27,976 nt of DNA, taken from a virus. Lineage: Duplodnaviria > Caudoviricetes. A program made the translations under genes and the position numbers. The notes under the pieces are model-generated. The model was not told where the DNA came from. It did not search any database and was given only the letters and a program-made list of their open reading frames with translations. The DNA lies in IMG/VR virus record IMGVR_UViG_3300030333_007356, positions 1 through 27,976 of that record. One strand, given 5' to 3'. This document shows positions 25,217 through 27,976 of the stretch, piece after piece (position 1 is the first letter of the stretch; each line of letters starts with the position of its first letter).

Positions 25217-26246
25217 TGTCTTGAGAGGCATCCTAGATAAACTTGGTTACAACCTGTTAGACTGCGGCAATCATTGGCGCACGAATGCGCTGTTCAGAAA
25301 TGGTGACAATCCGACAGCCATACAAATATACAAAAACACCGGAGTATGGATTGATTACACTCACGGTAATAACAAATCTAGGCCCTTTGAGGCTTTATTG
25401 CAGCTTACCCTTAAGGACGATAAAAAGCAGTTACAAGAAATTCTTAAGTCTTTAGACTCAGAAGAAGTAAAGGACTACAAACCCAAAGAACTAATAGAAA
25501 TGGAAAAAATTTATCCAGAATCATCTCTCAAGAGACTCTTTCCTAATTATCACTTTTACAACCAAAGAAAAATCTCAGAGGAAACTCAAAAGTTTTTTAG
25601 GGTTGGGTTATCTGGCTCCGGTCAGATGTATAGAAGAATGGTTTTCCCGATTTATAATGAACATTCACAAATAATCGGCTTTTCAGGGAGAAGAGTTGAT
25701 GAGGGTTCCTATTCTAAATGGAAGCATATAGGTCGTAAGAAAAGGTGGATTTATCCGTGTCACATCCCAGCAGAGGAAAGCATTGATCAAGTAATAGACG
25801 AAAGCGAAAGTGTCTATATTGTAGAGAGTATAGGAGACGCTATGGCTTTTTATGAGCAGGGCATAAAAAATGTAATATGCATTTTCGGCACCTCAGTGAG
25901 CAGTTATGTCATTAATTATCTTTGCAGCAAAGATTTAAAAAAGATTTATATCTCTACCAACAATGACTTTGATTCCTCTAAAAACAACGGGTTAATTGGC
26001 GCGTTTCAAGCATACATGAAGCTCGGAGATTTTTTTAATTTGGATCAATTAGAGATAAGACTTCCTCCGAAACCTTTCAATGACTTTGGAAAAGCTCATG
26101 AGGAAGACTATAATCTTAAACAGTGGCAACTCAGGGAAATAAATACAGAAGAACAAACTAATTATATTTTTAGTTATGTCAAGAACCACCCTAGCCTTTT
26201 CACCAAGAAACAAGTGCAGAAGGTTTTGAAAATACTTAATGAGTGA
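25152..26246 (+). CDS. dnaG: DNA primase (DnaG-like, TOPRIM)
   Basis: RRMVFPI..IIGFSGR, TOPRIM IVESIGDA, FGTS and NNDFD. Start could instead be ATG25170. Confidence 0.85.
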   Translation: MERLIWMKVEQQKKSQTLISSDVLRGILDKLGYNLLDCGNHWRTNALFRNGDNPTAIQIYKNTGVWIDYTHGNNKSRPFEALLQLTLKDDKKQLQEILKSLDSEEVKDYKPKELIEMEKIYPESSLKRLFPNYHFYNQRKISEETQKFFRVGLSGSGQMYRRMVFPIYNEHSQIIGFSGRRVDEGSYSKWKHIGRKKRWIYPCHIPAEESIDQVIDESESVYIVESIGDAMAFYEQGIKNVICIFGTSVSSYVINYLCSKDLKKIYISTNNDFDSSKNNGLIGAFQAYMKLGDFFNLDQLEIRLPPKPFNDFGKAHEEDYNLKQWQLREINTEEQTNYIFSYVKNHPSLFTKKQVQKVLKILNE

Positions 26247-27261
26247 ACCGTTTACAGCCCTTTCAGCAAGTCGCATAAAGACGGCTCAGTCGTGTTCTTG
26301 GTTATATTGGTGTAAATATAAACTCAAGCTTCCCGATACGAGCAATGACGGGGCTAGGAGAGGTTCTATATGCCACTTGGTTTTCGAGGTGTTAGGTAAC
26401 GATAGGCATAAAAGACACCACAGAAAAATCATAAAGTCTGGAGACATATTTTCTGTTGCCTCCATAAAGAGATTGGTAATGAAACACGCTCGTTCTATGG
26501 GTGTGGATGATCCAGAAAACTTAGACCTAATCAAAGAGATGATATTTAACGGTCTTTGTTACGATTTCTTCGGCAAAGACAATGGTAAGCCCACAGAGGC
26601 TTTATCTGAAAAAGATTTCGAAATAGTGTGTAACGAAGGGTCTTTTAGATACAAAATAAGAGGGTTTATTGACAAGCTTTTTTTGTATAAAAAAAGGAAG
26701 TATGCTTTGATAAGAGACTTTAAAAGCAGTAAGTCTGTATTTAAAGGTAAAGAAATAACCGATAACATGCAGGACTTGATGTATAGCCTTGCCGTCCATA
26801 AGCTCTTCCCAGAATATACAAACAGGCAGAGTGAGTTCGTATTTCTTAAGTTTGGCCTAGATCAAGATGGTGATGATACAGGCATAGTTAAAATGAACCC
26901 AATAGAAGATGATGAACTAGATGGGTTTCAGTCTCAGCTAACTGAGATACAAAAATATTTAGACAACTTTTCTGAGAAAGACGCTAAATCCAATTTCGCT
27001 ATAGATCAGGGCTTTCCTAAAGACGATACCTTTAGCGGAAGACTTATGTGTGGATTTGCTAAAAAAAGAGGAGAGCTTAAAAAAGACGGGACTCCTAAAT
27101 GGTATTGCCCGATGAAGTTCGATTTCTTTTATTATCATGTCACAGACAAGGATGGCAGATTTGTATCATCTGTTATGGAGGAGGACTTCAATGAGTCCAT
27201 TGTCCCTCCCGGCGGCTCTTATGAAATGCATTACTACGCGGGTTGTCCTAAAATTTCTTGA
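26239..27261 (+). CDS. PD-(D/E)XK nuclease (Cas4/RecB/AddB-like exonuclease)
   Basis: LSASRI...C, GSICH, GFID, DFKS, QxxxY (QDLMY) and C-terminal cysteines. Confidence 0.85.
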   Translation: MSEPFTALSASRIKTAQSCSWLYWCKYKLKLPDTSNDGARRGSICHLVFEVLGNDRHKRHHRKIIKSGDIFSVASIKRLVMKHARSMGVDDPENLDLIKEMIFNGLCYDFFGKDNGKPTEALSEKDFEIVCNEGSFRYKIRGFIDKLFLYKKRKYALIRDFKSSKSVFKGKEITDNMQDLMYSLAVHKLFPEYTNRQSEFVFLKFGLDQDGDDTGIVKMNPIEDDELDGFQSQLTEIQKYLDNFSEKDAKSNFAIDQGFPKDDTFSGRLMCGFAKKRGELKKDGTPKWYCPMKFDFFYYHVTDKDGRFVSSVMEEDFNESIVPPGGSYEMHYYAGCPKIS

Positions 27262-27286
27262 CACCGCGTATCTTTCGCGATAGCAT
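27258..27286 (+). promoter_or_regulatory. Putative sigma-70 promoter (leaderless) of the PHP-domain gene
   Basis: TTGACA-N17-TAGCAT-N5-ATG27292. Confidence 0.65.
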
Positions 27287-27291
27287 AAGGC

Positions 27292-27976
27292 ATGATCCCG
27301 GTTTTCAAGTCTTGCTACTCTATAGGCAAGAGCATTCTCACTATTGACAAGCAGTCAGCTGACGGAGGTCCAGACAACATCATAGACATTTGCAAAGAAA
27401 ACGAATACGAAAAATTAGTGTTGGTCGAAGACACTATGACCGGATTCATGAAGGCTAACGAGGCTTGCAAGAAAAACAACTTGCAATTAATTTTCGGCCT
27501 ACGACTTACTTGCAGGAACAATGTTAATGAAGATAAAGATTCCTCAGATCACAAAATAATTTGCTTCTCTAAAAATGACGATGGCTGCAAGTTACTTAAT
27601 AAGATCTTTTCTTTCGCTAACGCAGATAATGATGGGGCTGTAGATTTCGATTACTTAAACAAGGTTTGGACTGATGATTTAGCCTTGGTGATACCCTTCT
27701 ATGATTCATTCATATACAACAACAATACCAAGCTAAGTAACTGCATACCTGATTTTAATAAAATTAAACCATCGTTCTTTATCGAGCGTAACAATCTCCC
27801 ACTCGACTCTATGGTGGAAAGCTTAGTTTGGAAGTATACAGAAAGGTCAAAGAAATATCCTGTATATCTTGCCAAGTCTATTTACTACAAAAACAAAGAA
27901 GATTATAAAGCTTTGCAAACATACAAGATTTTATGCAATAGAAGCTTTGGCAGATCAGCCTCCCTATCTTCACCCA
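27292..27976 (+). CDS. dnaE: DNA polymerase III alpha-like N-terminal PHP domain (partial, runs off window; absent from the ORF track)
   Basis: Manual translation MIPVFKSCYSIGKSILT...LVLVEDTMTGF...LIFGLRL...ICFSKNDDGCKLLNKI...IYYKNKEDYKA is open to the window end and parallels the DnaE PHP domain. Confidence 0.75.
   Translation, partial: MIPVFKSCYSIGKSILTIDKQSADGGPDNIIDICKENEYEKLVLVEDTMTGFMKANEACKKNNLQLIFGLRLTCRNNVNEDKDSSDHKIICFSKNDDGCKLLNKIFSFANADNDGAVDFDYLNKVWTDDLALVIPFYDSFIYNNNTKLSNCIPDFNKIKPSFFIERNNLPLDSMVESLVWKYTERSKKYPVYLAKSIYYKNKEDYKALQTYKILCNRSFGRSASLSSP

Noticed and set aside
26239-27261. Cas4-like gene as evidence of a CRISPR-Cas system
   Set aside because: No repeat-spacer array or other cas genes were seen; solo Cas4-like nucleases are common in phage replication modules.
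27265-27279. CGCG-N7-CGCG hairpin as an intrinsic terminator
   Set aside because: Only a 4-bp stem with no U-tract; better explained as the promoter spacer.
1-27976. tRNA/rRNA genes, IS elements or integrase
   Set aside because: Almost no non-coding space, and no cloverleaf, transposase or integrase motifs recognised by eye.

Overview
Gene-dense, AT-rich 28 kb segment that reads as part of a large tailed dsDNA phage genome. This is inferred from a dNMP kinase, a divergent RecA/UvsX, a Cas4-like nuclease, Hsp20, a sigma factor and tight ATGA/TAATG gene overlaps; no capsid or terminase gene is in view. Layout: (1) 1-1236 (+) hypothetical protein and a sulfotransferase. (2) 1233-4814 (-) operon: hypothetical, dNMP kinase, a sigma-70-family factor split by one in-frame TAA, SSB, a GT4 glycosyltransferase, Hsp20 and an FmdB-like protein. 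(3) A palindrome-rich divergent intergenic region. (4) nrdB-nrdA with class Id (Mn) signature residues and no ATP-cone. (5) A basic/acidic modular protein. (6) A ~12.8 kb, 17-gene glycan cluster (8738-21504): two NeuB-family synthases, NeuA, two CstII/Maf-like transferases, a PseB-like dehydratase plus reductase, GNAT, PIG-L deacetylase, formyltransferase, HAD phosphatase, Gmd, WavE-like protein, FkbM methyltransferase and a 2OG-Fe(II) dioxygenase, but no PseC/LegC aminotransferase and no PseG/NeuC hydrolase. (7) Replication/recombination module: RecA-like, endonuclease, DnaB, DnaG, PD-(D/E)XK nuclease and a DnaE PHP domain running off the end. The best candidate for an undescribed system is the viral, apparently two-armed, non-canonical nonulosonic (sialic-acid-like) glycosylation pathway. 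Also notable are promoters that directly abut start codons (leaderless mRNAs), including a sigma-54-type promoter on hsp20. All calls are from motif recognition by eye; no searches were run.
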